DNA of 64,000 bases from an uncultured virus (IMG/VR IMGVR_UViG_3300026521_000636) (IMGVR_UViG_3300026521_000636), one strand, 5' to 3'. Positions 30,651-41,077 are shown, counted from the stretch's first letter. Numbers and translations: made by a program. The notes: generated from the sequence alone by a model not told the origin.

Positions 30651-30662
30651 TAGGAAACATTT

Positions 30663-31973
30663 ATGACAACAAATTTAGAATTCGTTTTTTCAGCTTTTCC
30701 TCATTATATGAAAATGTGTAGGCAACAGGGTGAGATGTATAAAGCAACAGCCCAGTCAGTCCAAACATCAATAGCATATATGAGATCAAAACTCAAAGAT
30801 AATGTATCTGTAAGTGCTTTATTTAATGCATATACAGAGGAAGATTGTGCTAGAAATGCATCTAATAGATTTACAGGTATGAAATCCATTATTGGTAGTA
30901 ACCTCTATGCTGATAGTGGTGGATTACAAATGATGACTTTAGGACATACAGTTGATGAAGCACAAAGAAAAAAAATTTATGAAACCCAAATAAAATATGC
31001 GACACATGCTATGAGTTTTGATGAAATTCCCGGTATTTTCATTGATAAAAAAAAATATTATAAACCAGATACCGTATATAACTGTGGCGTTATTTCTGGG
31101 GGAAATTTACTTGAACAGTATAATTTTTTCAAAGAGGCTAGATCAAATACAAAAATTGTGCCAATTATTCAGGGATGGGGTTATAAAGATACAGATCTAT
31201 TTACTCAAGGTTTGATGACAAATTGTAAAAATATTTGGAACGAATTTGATATGTTAGCTGCTGGATTTCAAAGTTCATCAATTTGGGGAACGGCTCAAAG
31301 AGCAATAGATATATATACAAATCCATTACTCAAAAAACAATTTTTAAATCATTATCACATGCTTGGTATGAGTGGTTATAAAAGAATAATCCCTATGATA
31401 ATGATACTTAAAAGCGGATTAATAAAAGATATGAAGACACTTTCATTTGATAGTTCCTCAATATCTATGACATATGTAATGGGCAACGTTATAAAATCGA
31501 CTGATGATTTAATCAATAATAGAAAATATGAATTGGGGAAAGAAAGAACTAAAGAAGTTGAGGATTACTATAAAGAGCTGTATGAATTCTGGAAAGATGC
31601 ACCCAATTGCAATTTTAAAGATTGGGAAGACTTATTAGAAAATTCTCAATGGAATAGTAGGGGTGTTAAGAGTGCAAAAGCTCGTCATGATGAAACCAAT
31701 GATATTAATGAATCATTAAAATATCTGACACAAGAACAATATTTTATTTTCTATAATGTATATAAGTATGCTATGGTTCTTGAAGATTTTTTAGAGGGTA
31801 ATATAGAATTATCAGATATATTTAAAGGTAAGGATTTAGAATTATTCAGTCAATTAGAAAAAATAGATAATATAGATGATTTCTATGAATGGCAAGATTA
31901 TGTAAATAAAACACAAAATATAAAATTAGAAATATTTGAGAAAGATAATGATTTTTCAAATATTTTATTTTAA
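30663..31973 (+). CDS. TGT/DpdA-like guanine transglycosylase, paralog 6 (closest to paralog 4)
   Basis: LFNAYTEE, YADSGGLQ, SFDE, PIIQGWG, AGFQS, HMLG, SFDS. Confidence 0.8.
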   Translation: MTTNLEFVFSAFPHYMKMCRQQGEMYKATAQSVQTSIAYMRSKLKDNVSVSALFNAYTEEDCARNASNRFTGMKSIIGSNLYADSGGLQMMTLGHTVDEAQRKKIYETQIKYATHAMSFDEIPGIFIDKKKYYKPDTVYNCGVISGGNLLEQYNFFKEARSNTKIVPIIQGWGYKDTDLFTQGLMTNCKNIWNEFDMLAAGFQSSSIWGTAQRAIDIYTNPLLKKQFLNHYHMLGMSGYKRIIPMIMILKSGLIKDMKTLSFDSSSISMTYVMGNVIKSTDDLINNRKYELGKERTKEVEDYYKELYEFWKDAPNCNFKDWEDLLENSQWNSRGVKSAKARHDETNDINESLKYLTQEQYFIFYNVYKYAMVLEDFLEGNIELSDIFKGKDLELFSQLEKIDNIDDFYEWQDYVNKTQNIKLEIFEKDNDFSNILF

Positions 31974-31986
31974 TTTAAATATTTTA

Positions 31987-31994
31987 TATAAATA
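31987..31994 (+). promoter_or_regulatory. T4-type late promoter TATAAATA (representative)
   Basis: Exact TATAAATA also at 18673, 44898, 47226, 50946, 54473 and 57729, each shortly before a start codon; AATAAATA variants at other sites. Confidence 0.7.
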
Positions 31995-32023
31995 ATATTA
32001 ATCAGAATAAAAAAGGGAATAAT

Positions 32024-33085
32024 ATGAAATTAATAGATGTTATTATGGATAACTCATTAGAAATTGATGAAGGTTTTATCTTAGAACTAGAGGAATTGGA
32101 TTTACTTGAAAATATAGTAAATGAATTAGAATTATTAGAAGCTAGAAATATAGCAACTACAAGCAATGAAAATATAGTGTATGTTAAATCACTTAAAGCA
32201 TTGCGTGAAAAAGCAAGAAAAATCATTAAAGATGCTATGAAAAAAAATCCAAAAACTAGAGCTGAATTAATAGCAAAAGTAAGATACTTAACAGGTAGAG
32301 GTAAAAAAGAACAACGTATTAAAGATGCTGCAAAAGGAATATATAAAGGTGGTAAACCAGTTGAAGATAGCGTATATAATATTACTAAAGCGGATTTAGA
32401 AATCATAAAGAAAAATGAAGCAGAAGGTAAATCTAAACCTAAAACATTATCTCCTAACCAAATTACTTATAAAGCTAGCCAGACACCAGGTGACTATAAA
32501 ACATTAACTTTAACTAATCTTTTTGCTATAAAAATTAAAGATAAAGTTTATACAGTTAAATCGGCAGAAGATAAAATAGAAAAATATGCAACTGATGCAG
32601 CAAAAGTTGTAGTTGAAGCTAGAAATAAAACTGCAAAAATTTGTAAAGAGTTTGGGTTAAAAGAACCTTTCATTCCAAAATCAGAGGAAGAAGCTAAAAA
32701 ATATATCATTGATGTATTGATTAAACCTATGTCTAAAGCTGCAAGAAATGCTAAAGAAAAAGCTAAAGAAATGTTAAATCGAAAAATGGCTGGTGAATCA
32801 TTACCAAAAAATGACTATGTAATTAAAATTGATTCTTATAGACATGGTAAAGTTACAGTTCTTGTTCAACTACATCTTGATAAAGTTGTTGAATCATTAG
32901 GTTTAGAAGGTATAAAAGCAAGTGAAGTTCCAGATTCATGGTCAGGCACTAAAGCTGCATGGGGGAAACAAGTAAAACAGTACAAGGCAGAAATTCAAGA
33001 TAAGATTGAGTCAATAGCTGGACCAAATGCTACAGTTTCAATCGGTAATGCTGGTGGTTGGATTACTATTAGATTTACTAAATAA
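32024..33085 (+). CDS. Lys-rich protein with acidic leader, probable internal head protein
   Basis: Late promoter; MKL leader rich in LxE, followed by a basic body. Confidence 0.6.
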   Translation: MKLIDVIMDNSLEIDEGFILELEELDLLENIVNELELLEARNIATTSNENIVYVKSLKALREKARKIIKDAMKKNPKTRAELIAKVRYLTGRGKKEQRIKDAAKGIYKGGKPVEDSVYNITKADLEIIKKNEAEGKSKPKTLSPNQITYKASQTPGDYKTLTLTNLFAIKIKDKVYTVKSAEDKIEKYATDAAKVVVEARNKTAKICKEFGLKEPFIPKSEEEAKKYIIDVLIKPMSKAARNAKEKAKEMLNRKMAGESLPKNDYVIKIDSYRHGKVTVLVQLHLDKVVESLGLEGIKASEVPDSWSGTKAAWGKQVKQYKAEIQDKIESIAGPNATVSIGNAGGWITIRFTK

Positions 33086-33136
33086 TAATACTATAAGGTT
33101 GTTTTTTGTATAATTACAATTATACAGGAGACAACC

Positions 33137-34030
33137 ATGACAATAGCATTTATTTCGGATATTCATCTTGATTTTTGGATACCTATAAAATTAAATGGAA
33201 CTAAAGAAGATTTACGATTAGACAACTTTATATCAAACACTTTAAAACCGATAAAAGCTGATGTACTCATTATCGGTGGTGACAATTCCCACTATAATCA
33301 ACAATTTAAAAAACTCCTTATAAAACTAGCAGAATTAAAATTATTTAAAAAGATAATTATTACTTATGGTAATCATGATATGTATTTAGTTTCAAATAAA
33401 CAAATACACGATTATAAAATTTCGATCAATAAAATCACAGAAATGAAAAAAATATGTACTGATATTGATACTGTTGAATTTTTAGATGGTAATATAATTG
33501 AGGTAGATGGAATAAAAATCGGAGGTTGTGCTATGTGGTATGATTATTCATATGCTAAAAAATTCTTTAATATGAATGATTTCCATATGCTACAAAAATG
33601 GAAACAGGTTATGAATGACGCCAACTATATTTATGGTACAGATCACTTAGGGTTAAATGAAGTTAGATCAATGTATTCATATGGAAAAACTAAAATTTAT
33701 ACTTTTGATCCATTGCTATTTTTTGAATCGGAAAAAGATAAACTATTAAAAATAATAGATAAGGTAGATATTTTTGTTTCGCATTTTGGTCCAGCTATAC
33801 CACCCAATTTGGAATCAAAATATATGAATATTGATACAGGTTTTTATTATTTTGATGGCGAACATTATCTTTGGGGTGAAAAAGCACCTAAATTATGGAT
33901 TTTTGGACATACTCATACAAAATATGAATGGAAAGTTAATAATACATGGATGGTATCAAATCCATTAGGATATAAATCTGAAAATACTGGAACATCTATT
34001 GATATAATAGAGTTAGACGACCTTTATTAA
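33137..34030 (+). CDS. calcineurin-like metallophosphoesterase
   Basis: SDIH, GGD, GNHD, SH, FGHTH. Confidence 0.9.
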   Translation: MTIAFISDIHLDFWIPIKLNGTKEDLRLDNFISNTLKPIKADVLIIGGDNSHYNQQFKKLLIKLAELKLFKKIIITYGNHDMYLVSNKQIHDYKISINKITEMKKICTDIDTVEFLDGNIIEVDGIKIGGCAMWYDYSYAKKFFNMNDFHMLQKWKQVMNDANYIYGTDHLGLNEVRSMYSYGKTKIYTFDPLLFFESEKDKLLKIIDKVDIFVSHFGPAIPPNLESKYMNIDTGFYYFDGEHYLWGEKAPKLWIFGHTHTKYEWKVNNTWMVSNPLGYKSENTGTSIDIIELDDLY

Positions 34031-34084
34031 ATATTAAGTTATATTTAGATATAATTATAATATTAAAATAAAAAGGTATTATAT

Positions 34085-34885
34085 ATGAACGATAAAACTT
34101 TCGATGAAGAAATTGGTGAATTTTCAGGATTTAGTGAAGCAGATTATAATTTAACTGAACCTATGAAATTAATAGCTAAAATGGAGATGAAAGCACTAAA
34201 TGTTATTTGTGGTGAAAATAATGTTGGGAAAAGCCTAACAAATAAACTTCTCTGGGCTAGTACATTTTTTATGAATTTAAAAATTACTCAAAGTTTTAAT
34301 TCATTACCTAAAGAACAAATGTCTGATGAAGAAATATTAGAATTAATATTAAATAATACATTTGATGATCAAAGTTTTGAAGGTACTATCAATTATTCAT
34401 CAAGAGATGAAATAGTAAAGGTGGCTTTTTATAAATTAGAATATAGATTAGAAAATGGAAAAGTATGCGATCTTGTTATTGATTTTCCTAATAAAGCTAA
34501 GCCTATGGGTCCTATTATTTACCTTTCAAAAGAAGCAAGAGATTTTTCTAATATTGAAAAATATTTAAAGATTAAAAAATTATTAAATATACACGAAATA
34601 GAATCTTGGGACAGTATTACTGCTTTATCTGACTTTTTCAAAATCTATGATATTTTAGCTATAGAATCACTTTTACAAAAGTTTGATAATGCTAGTGAAT
34701 TTATCACTCTTATAAATCAAATGCCAGGTGGTAATGAATTACTAGATGATGATTTAGTCGATATAAAATTAGATCATGAAAATTCTGAATTATATTATAT
34801 TGATAAAAATAAGAATCAGAAACGTTTAAGTACATTAGGTGCTGGAACACAATCTATAATATTAATGCTTCTTTCCGCAGTATAA
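34085..34885 (+). CDS. ABC/AAA_15-like ATPase fragment
   Basis: Walker A GENNVGKS and signature-like LGAGTQ; stops before any Walker B. Confidence 0.55.
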   Translation: MNDKTFDEEIGEFSGFSEADYNLTEPMKLIAKMEMKALNVICGENNVGKSLTNKLLWASTFFMNLKITQSFNSLPKEQMSDEEILELILNNTFDDQSFEGTINYSSRDEIVKVAFYKLEYRLENGKVCDLVIDFPNKAKPMGPIIYLSKEARDFSNIEKYLKIKKLLNIHEIESWDSITALSDFFKIYDILAIESLLQKFDNASEFITLINQMPGGNELLDDDLVDIKLDHENSELYYIDKNKNQKRLSTLGAGTQSIILMLLSAV

Positions 34886-34931
34886 AAATTTATTTAGCCT
34901 TTTTGTATAATAATTATAAAAAGGCTTTATT

Positions 34932-35285
34932 ATGTTTTATATTTTATACTCTAACAAAACAATAAATAAATCTCCTGAAATATCCTATGCTAATGGCACT
35001 ACTCTACCCTTTAAGGAAGGATATTTTTTATTTGATGACAGCGATAAATCTATAAATTTTTGGATTAATGAATCATCTAATTATATCGAATTTGAAGGTA
35101 ACAGATTTAAAATTGATAAAAAATTAAAATTCAAAAATAAAAATCATGCTACAATAATCCTTAATTCTTTAAAATTAGCCGAATTGAAAAAAAATGGTGG
35201 TGACTTCTTCTTCCCGAATACGTTTAAAAATATCAAAAATACCTTTGAACAACTTATAAGTACCTACCCCGAATATTCCATTTAA
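34932..35285 (+). CDS. hypothetical protein (C-terminal YPEYSI)
   Basis: Own TGTATAAT promoter and AAGG RBS. Confidence 0.65.
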   Translation: MFYILYSNKTINKSPEISYANGTTLPFKEGYFLFDDSDKSINFWINESSNYIEFEGNRFKIDKKLKFKNKNHATIILNSLKLAELKKNGGDFFFPNTFKNIKNTFEQLISTYPEYSI

Positions 35286-35325
35286 AAAATTGTAAAATAA
35301 GTATAATATATCACAAGGAGTAAAA

Positions 35326-36699
35326 GTGAGTGAAATTTTTAATGTACCAGAAATAATAGAAAATATAAGTGGTGAAAAAGTAAGTTCTTATCTTGAAGCA
35401 GAGCATAGAAGTTTTGCAATTTATACATTGCAGCAAAGAGCAATACCTTTCTTTAATGGGATGAAGCCCGTTCAACAAAGATGTCTTTGGCAATTAAGAG
35501 GAACTAGTAAATATGAAAAAGTCGCAAAACTAACCGGACAAGTTATGAGTATTCACCCACACGGCGATGCTTCAATTGCAGATTCAATAAACCAAATGGC
35601 CGGACCATATTGTAACAATATTTCATTTTTTGATGGTCATGGTGCTTTTGGAACAAGAATTAATCCAACAGCATTTGGTAGTCCAAGATATGTATCAGCA
35701 AAATTTAGTTCATTTGCAAAAGAAGTGATCTTTAAAGATTGGGAAATTGTAGAATTACAACCAACATACGATGAAACTGATATGGAACCAACATTACTTT
35801 TGCCATTAATCCCACTTTTATTATTAAATGGTATTCAAGGTATTGCTACAGGTTATTCTACAACAATTTTACCTAGAGACCCTAAAGATGTAATTGATAG
35901 ACAAATAAAAGTTTTAAAAGGACAAAAGATTGATAATCCTTTACCATACTCTAAACCTATTGATAACTGGGCTATCCGACATGAAGATAATCCTAACAAA
36001 TATACATTCTTAGGTGAATGTGAGATCATTGATACGAGTAGTGCAAAAATCACTAAATTGCCATTTGGTATGACTCATGCTAAGGTTGTTGAATCATTGG
36101 CGAAAATGGTTGATAAAGGGCAAATTGTTGATTATACAGACAAGTCTAAGACTGATATTGATATTACAGTAAACTTTAAACGAGCAGCTCTCAAAAATAA
36201 AAGTGGGGAATTTGCTGCAAGAAAATTAAAACTTTCCGCAGGTATGACTGAAAGAATAATTGTCTTGGATTCAGAAGAATCTAAAGCAGTCGTAGAATAT
36301 GATGATGCTGCACAATTTATTAAGGATTATACAGAATGGAGATTAAGTTTTTTTCCAAGACGATATGAACGATTTATACAATTAAATCTAGCAGAAATCA
36401 GTAGATTAAATGATATAGTTTTGGCAATCGATAATAATTTAGGTGGTCAAGCTAAAAATATTAAAAATAAAGCAGATTTAATTACATTTATTGAGGGTAT
36501 TGGAGTTATCGATATAGAATATATCGCATCTTTACCAGTTTATAGATTTACAGAAGAAGAATATGATAAAGCTAAAGCAAAAATTGCCGAATTAGAAAAA
36601 CAAAATATGGAATATAATAACATTATTGATGATGTAGATCTCCAAAAAAATATTTTTATAAATGAACTAAAAGAAGTCAAAAAGAAATTTGCCAAATAA
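35326..36699 (+). CDS. gp52: type II DNA topoisomerase subunit A (T4 gp52/GyrA-like)
   Basis: RAIP..GMKPVQQR, HPHGDAS, SPRY active-site Tyr, LLNGIQGIATG. Confidence 0.93.
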   Translation: MSEIFNVPEIIENISGEKVSSYLEAEHRSFAIYTLQQRAIPFFNGMKPVQQRCLWQLRGTSKYEKVAKLTGQVMSIHPHGDASIADSINQMAGPYCNNISFFDGHGAFGTRINPTAFGSPRYVSAKFSSFAKEVIFKDWEIVELQPTYDETDMEPTLLLPLIPLLLLNGIQGIATGYSTTILPRDPKDVIDRQIKVLKGQKIDNPLPYSKPIDNWAIRHEDNPNKYTFLGECEIIDTSSAKITKLPFGMTHAKVVESLAKMVDKGQIVDYTDKSKTDIDITVNFKRAALKNKSGEFAARKLKLSAGMTERIIVLDSEESKAVVEYDDAAQFIKDYTEWRLSFFPRRYERFIQLNLAEISRLNDIVLAIDNNLGGQAKNIKNKADLITFIEGIGVIDIEYIASLPVYRFTEEEYDKAKAKIAELEKQNMEYNNIIDDVDLQKNIFINELKEVKKKFAK

Positions 36700-36747
36700 T
36701 ATTTATTAGTAGTAATAAATAAAGTAAAAATATCAGCAGGTTTATAA

Positions 36748-37935
36748 ATGGCAATTACACAGATAGCAGACTCAAATAATAATATAGGTACATTATATGA
36801 AGAGGTATTAAAACCTCTTTATGGTGATGATGCAGATAGAATTTTATCTAATACAATATTAATCAGAAGTTTTTTTTTAAATATTATTAAAAAATTTGTT
36901 GATTCTGAAAATATGATTAATATTCGAGAATTTTCAACGGATCCTATTATGTATTACTTAACAAGTGGCGAGTACAACTATGATATTATTAAAGATTATA
37001 TTACCGACTCAATAGTAATTCCCAATACTACTGATCTAAGTATGTTAAATAATCAAATTAATAATTTGGAATATAAATTACCATTAGTAGTCGAAGCTCT
37101 ATCATACAATAATGTTACTGAAGAATTATGGGATCAATATTTGGATGATATTTTTTTATACTACGCTGATGATGCAAATAATCCAGTTCATAAAATTATA
37201 ATTGAAGATGTCATATCGGTATTCAAGTTATGGAATGATACATCAAATACAAACCAAAAAGAAATGCTAAAAGCATACAATGCAAATAATAATATTTCGT
37301 ATGATACTAATACTTTTTGGTTTGAACCATTTAATTCCATATCTAGTAAATATTGGGAAAAGTTTTCATTCGCTTTAACTATTAATGATTATGATATTTA
37401 TGATTCTAATAATGATACGTATCTAGATATTATAGCGAATGAGTATTTCACCAATGGATATTTTGATGAAATAATAATAAAAATAAACTACTACTATTGG
37501 TTTGATAATTTTCAAAAAATTACTGATTGGGTTGAAAAAAATCTAAAATCTGCTCTGGTTTCATATAGATTCAATACAATATTTTCAATTTCTAATAGAT
37601 ATGCAACTACTGAAGAAGCCGAAAAATATAATGACATCGTACGTCTAAATACTGAAGATGAGGAATTAACTATGTATAAAGAACGATTACCAATACTCCT
37701 TGATACTATTCTTAAAAACCCTCAAACATATGGCTTTGAACTTATTGGTGGATATTTTGGTAAAGAAGGATATAGTAATAATGCTGTTGATCAATCAATT
37801 TATGATAATGAGTTCAAAGATTATCTATGTGATATAGCTAATAGCTCACCATTTAGCAGTTTAAATGATATGTATGTTAGAGTATTTAATGATCCAAATA
37901 AAAAAATTTTTATTTGTATTGATAATACCCCTTAA
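36748..37935 (+). CDS. hypothetical protein (acidic, possibly virion structural)
   Basis: 395-aa ORF; AATAAATA upstream. Confidence 0.6.
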   Translation: MAITQIADSNNNIGTLYEEVLKPLYGDDADRILSNTILIRSFFLNIIKKFVDSENMINIREFSTDPIMYYLTSGEYNYDIIKDYITDSIVIPNTTDLSMLNNQINNLEYKLPLVVEALSYNNVTEELWDQYLDDIFLYYADDANNPVHKIIIEDVISVFKLWNDTSNTNQKEMLKAYNANNNISYDTNTFWFEPFNSISSKYWEKFSFALTINDYDIYDSNNDTYLDIIANEYFTNGYFDEIIIKINYYYWFDNFQKITDWVEKNLKSALVSYRFNTIFSISNRYATTEEAEKYNDIVRLNTEDEELTMYKERLPILLDTILKNPQTYGFELIGGYFGKEGYSNNAVDQSIYDNEFKDYLCDIANSSPFSSLNDMYVRVFNDPNKKIFICIDNTP

Positions 37936-37944
37936 AGGTAAATT

Positions 37945-38382
37945 ATGAGAATAAAAAAATATTACAATAATGTAATTGTGATTTTTGAGACTATTAATGA
38001 CAATATAATAATTAAACATGAATCAGTTATTTTTGATATAGTATCTACTTTTGAGGAAACAGCTTTATTAAATAAGAATATTGAATTTGATAAGTTAATT
38101 AAATTACAACAAAAAAACCCTAGACATATTTTAATACCTTATAATACAAAACCACTAGACAATATACGTATTATGTTAAAAATGTTAAATAATTTTCTAA
38201 GAGTTACTAATCAATCTTATGATTTTATAATCGAAAGTATCATTGTACAAAATGATATTGAAATATTAGCTTATGGTCATGAAATATATCTTAATTCTAT
38301 AAAAGATATTACATTTTCACCATTAGCTCGATCGAAATGGTCAAATCCTCAATTAATAGCTAAAATATGTAATGTAGATTAA
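37945..38382 (+). CDS. hypothetical protein
   Basis: ORF with AAGG RBS. Confidence 0.55.
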   Translation: MRIKKYYNNVIVIFETINDNIIIKHESVIFDIVSTFEETALLNKNIEFDKLIKLQQKNPRHILIPYNTKPLDNIRIMLKMLNNFLRVTNQSYDFIIESIIVQNDIEILAYGHEIYLNSIKDITFSPLARSKWSNPQLIAKICNVD

Positions 38383-38439
38383 TATTTATTTAAAATTAAG
38401 TTTTATTTTAATATAATTATCGAAAATAAAAGGATAATT

Positions 38440-39093
38440 ATGGTTAATAAGCTCACAATAGAAAATGCTTGGAAGCAAGATCCATTTAAATCATACTATG
38501 TTATACAAAATCCAAAAATCGATAAAAAGAAGCAAAAAATATCTGGACTAAGTATTAAATACGTTGAATATCGTGTTAAAGATTGGGATGATAAATTTGT
38601 ACGTTTTGAAAAAGTAAATAAACTTAAAAATAAACGATTCGCAGATATTATATCATTCGATAAACGCTATCCTGATGCTGAAAATGAAGTATATGCTGAA
38701 AAAGTTTCAAAAGCAAAAACTAAACCGGATACTTATGTTTCGTATGGTATTTTTATCGACCCACAAATGGCTACGTATCACAAATTAATTAGATTACATA
38801 GACTGGCAGAAGATATGGCTGGCATATATAAAGCCTTAAAAAATAATGAAATTAATAGTGTAGATAATGAAACTAATAACTCTTTAAAATCTAAAAAGAA
38901 AAAAACAGATACAAGTGATAAAGGTGAAGTTATATCTAAAGAAGCGGAAGATGATATTAAGTCGGGAGTTAGTAATAAAGTGACGTTTAGCATAGATGAG
39001 GTTAAAAAATATTTTGAAGAAATCCAAAATACTGATTACTTTACTAAATTAGAGGATATTCAAATTGAAAATCCAGATTTAGCTACAAAATAA
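38440..39093 (+). CDS. hypothetical protein
   Basis: ORF with TATAAT and AAGGA RBS. Confidence 0.65.
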   Translation: MVNKLTIENAWKQDPFKSYYVIQNPKIDKKKQKISGLSIKYVEYRVKDWDDKFVRFEKVNKLKNKRFADIISFDKRYPDAENEVYAEKVSKAKTKPDTYVSYGIFIDPQMATYHKLIRLHRLAEDMAGIYKALKNNEINSVDNETNNSLKSKKKKTDTSDKGEVISKEAEDDIKSGVSNKVTFSIDEVKKYFEEIQNTDYFTKLEDIQIENPDLATK

Positions 39094-39103
39094 GGAGATA
39101 AAA

Positions 39104-39550
39104 ATGGCTAAGGTAACATCTTGTGGTATTGTACCAATAAGAAATAATAATGGGCATATCGAAATTCTTTTAGGACAACCAATTAATGGCGGTTTCTATG
39201 GTATGGGATTTTTAAAAGGTCAAGTAGAAAATAATGAAACTGATTTAACCGCTGCATTACGTGAATTTGCGGAAGAAAGTGGCGATCTGGATATTGAATT
39301 GATAGATAAAGAGTTGTTTTTTACACAAAATAATCCAAAAAAATTAATTCATATTTGGCCTGCAACAGTTCTTGATACGGCGCACAACAAGTCAAAAATT
39401 AGAAATGATGGGGTCGTTGAAGATCATGATGAAGAAAATGATTATATTCAATTCTTCGATATAAATGATTTACCTATGGTTTTTAGAAATCAACAAGATA
39501 TTCTCGATGAATTATTACTATTCATCGAAAAGAACAAAAATAAATTTTAA
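39104..39550 (+). CDS. NUDIX hydrolase
   Basis: KGQVENNETDLTAALREFAEESG Nudix box. Confidence 0.9.
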   Translation: MAKVTSCGIVPIRNNNGHIEILLGQPINGGFYGMGFLKGQVENNETDLTAALREFAEESGDLDIELIDKELFFTQNNPKKLIHIWPATVLDTAHNKSKIRNDGVVEDHDEENDYIQFFDINDLPMVFRNQQDILDELLLFIEKNKNKF

Positions 39551-39612
39551 TCTTAAATTAAGATAGTTTAGATTATAATACATTATTCAAAAACAATATA
39601 AGGAATTAAAAA

Positions 39613-40827
39613 ATGAGTCAATTAAATGCGAGTAAGTTTGAAAATAGTTCTCAATTAGAGAATCTGTATAAAGTAGCGTGTGATACAAGTGTATCTGTTA
39701 TTGTTGAAGGTGATCATGGAATTGGTAAATCTGAAAGTGTTTATGCGTTTGCTAAGAAAAATAATTTTCATGTGGAACCCTTATTTCTATCACACCAAGA
39801 AGTTGCCGATTTAATTGGTATTCCAACACTTGAGAGAGATGAAAATGGACAGCCACTTACAACATGGTCAAAACCTATTTGGCTTCATAGAATGGAAGAA
39901 GCAGCTGCAAGAGGACAAAGAACCATTCTATTCTTAGATGAATTAAATAGAGCACAGACTGAAGTAAGACAGGCTGCTCTACAACTTGTACTTGATAAAA
40001 TGATTCATGAGCATAAACTACCAGATACTGTTGTAAATGGAGTAGCTTTCCAAGCATTTGTTGTTGCGGCAGTTAATCCTGCAGATGGTTTCTATCAAGT
40101 TGATGAACTTGATCCAGCACTAATGGATAGATTTTTACATTTTAAACTTACAGTAAACGCTGATAGTTGGTTAGATTGGGCTTCTGAAAACGGAGTACAT
40201 AAAACTATTATCAGTTATATCGCTAATAGTAAAGATAAGTTATATGTGCGTGATGAAAATGCTGCAATCTTTCCAACACCAAGAAGTTGGACAAAGTTAA
40301 GTGAGCTTCTTCTTTCGTATGAAGATAAAAATATTGACAATCAAGCATTGATGCATAATCTTATTACTGGTAAAATTGGATATACTGTCGGTGCACAATT
40401 TATGACATATTACAAAGAAAATTCTGTAATTGTTTCAGTTGAAGATATTGAAAAAATTACTAAAAAAGCATGGCCTTCTGCTGTTAAAAAATATGGTGAT
40501 GCTACGGTTGAAGCATGTGATATGGTAGCTAAGAAAATATCAAAAGAGATTGATGAATTGGAAATTCCACTTCTAAAAGAGTTAAGTGCAAACTTAGTAG
40601 AAAAGTATCTTAATGATGAAGGTAAAGTTAAGTTTGAAGATGCAAGACCGTTAATTTGTTATCTACATGCACTACCAATTGAACAGCTAGCAGCAGTTAT
40701 TAAAGAAATCCAAGTTGAGGATGAAGAAAATAATTCTAAAAGATATGATAACCTTGCAGAAATTACACCTCAAAAAGAAATTTTTAGAAGAATTGTGAAA
40801 AGAGTTAAAAAACTTTCAATCGACTAA
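39613..40827 (+). CDS. MoxR-like AAA+ ATPase
   Basis: GDHGIGKS, LFLDELNRA, AAVNP, LDPALMDRF, PTPRSW. Confidence 0.88.
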   Translation: MSQLNASKFENSSQLENLYKVACDTSVSVIVEGDHGIGKSESVYAFAKKNNFHVEPLFLSHQEVADLIGIPTLERDENGQPLTTWSKPIWLHRMEEAAARGQRTILFLDELNRAQTEVRQAALQLVLDKMIHEHKLPDTVVNGVAFQAFVVAAVNPADGFYQVDELDPALMDRFLHFKLTVNADSWLDWASENGVHKTIISYIANSKDKLYVRDENAAIFPTPRSWTKLSELLLSYEDKNIDNQALMHNLITGKIGYTVGAQFMTYYKENSVIVSVEDIEKITKKAWPSAVKKYGDATVEACDMVAKKISKEIDELEIPLLKELSANLVEKYLNDEGKVKFEDARPLICYLHALPIEQLAAVIKEIQVEDEENNSKRYDNLAEITPQKEIFRRIVKRVKKLSID

Positions 40828-40840
40828 GATTTTTTTAATA

Positions 40841-40858
40841 GTGGGGATTTCCCCCCAC
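40841..40858. terminator. GC-rich hairpin after the AAA gene
   Basis: GTGGGG-ATTTCC-CCCCAC. Confidence 0.5.
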
Positions 40859-40891
40859 ATAAATAAGTATAAACCAATAGGAGATAGTATT

Positions 40892-41077
40892 ATGTCTTTA
40901 GAAAATATAAGATTCCAAAAAATTTCACTTAATAAGTTTTCTGATAATGAGAAAGCTGATTTAGTTAAAGAACTTAAAAAACGTAATATTTCTCATCGTT
41001 TAACTTCAACATCAATTTTATTTGATGAAAGATATTTAAAACAAGTTAAGGATTTGGTTCCACCTTCTTTAAGATAA
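40892..41077 (+). CDS. small hypothetical protein
   Basis: AGGAG RBS before ATG 40892 (track start 40841 lies in the hairpin). Confidence 0.6.
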   Translation: MSLENIRFQKISLNKFSDNEKADLVKELKKRNISHRLTSTSILFDERYLKQVKDLVPPSLR

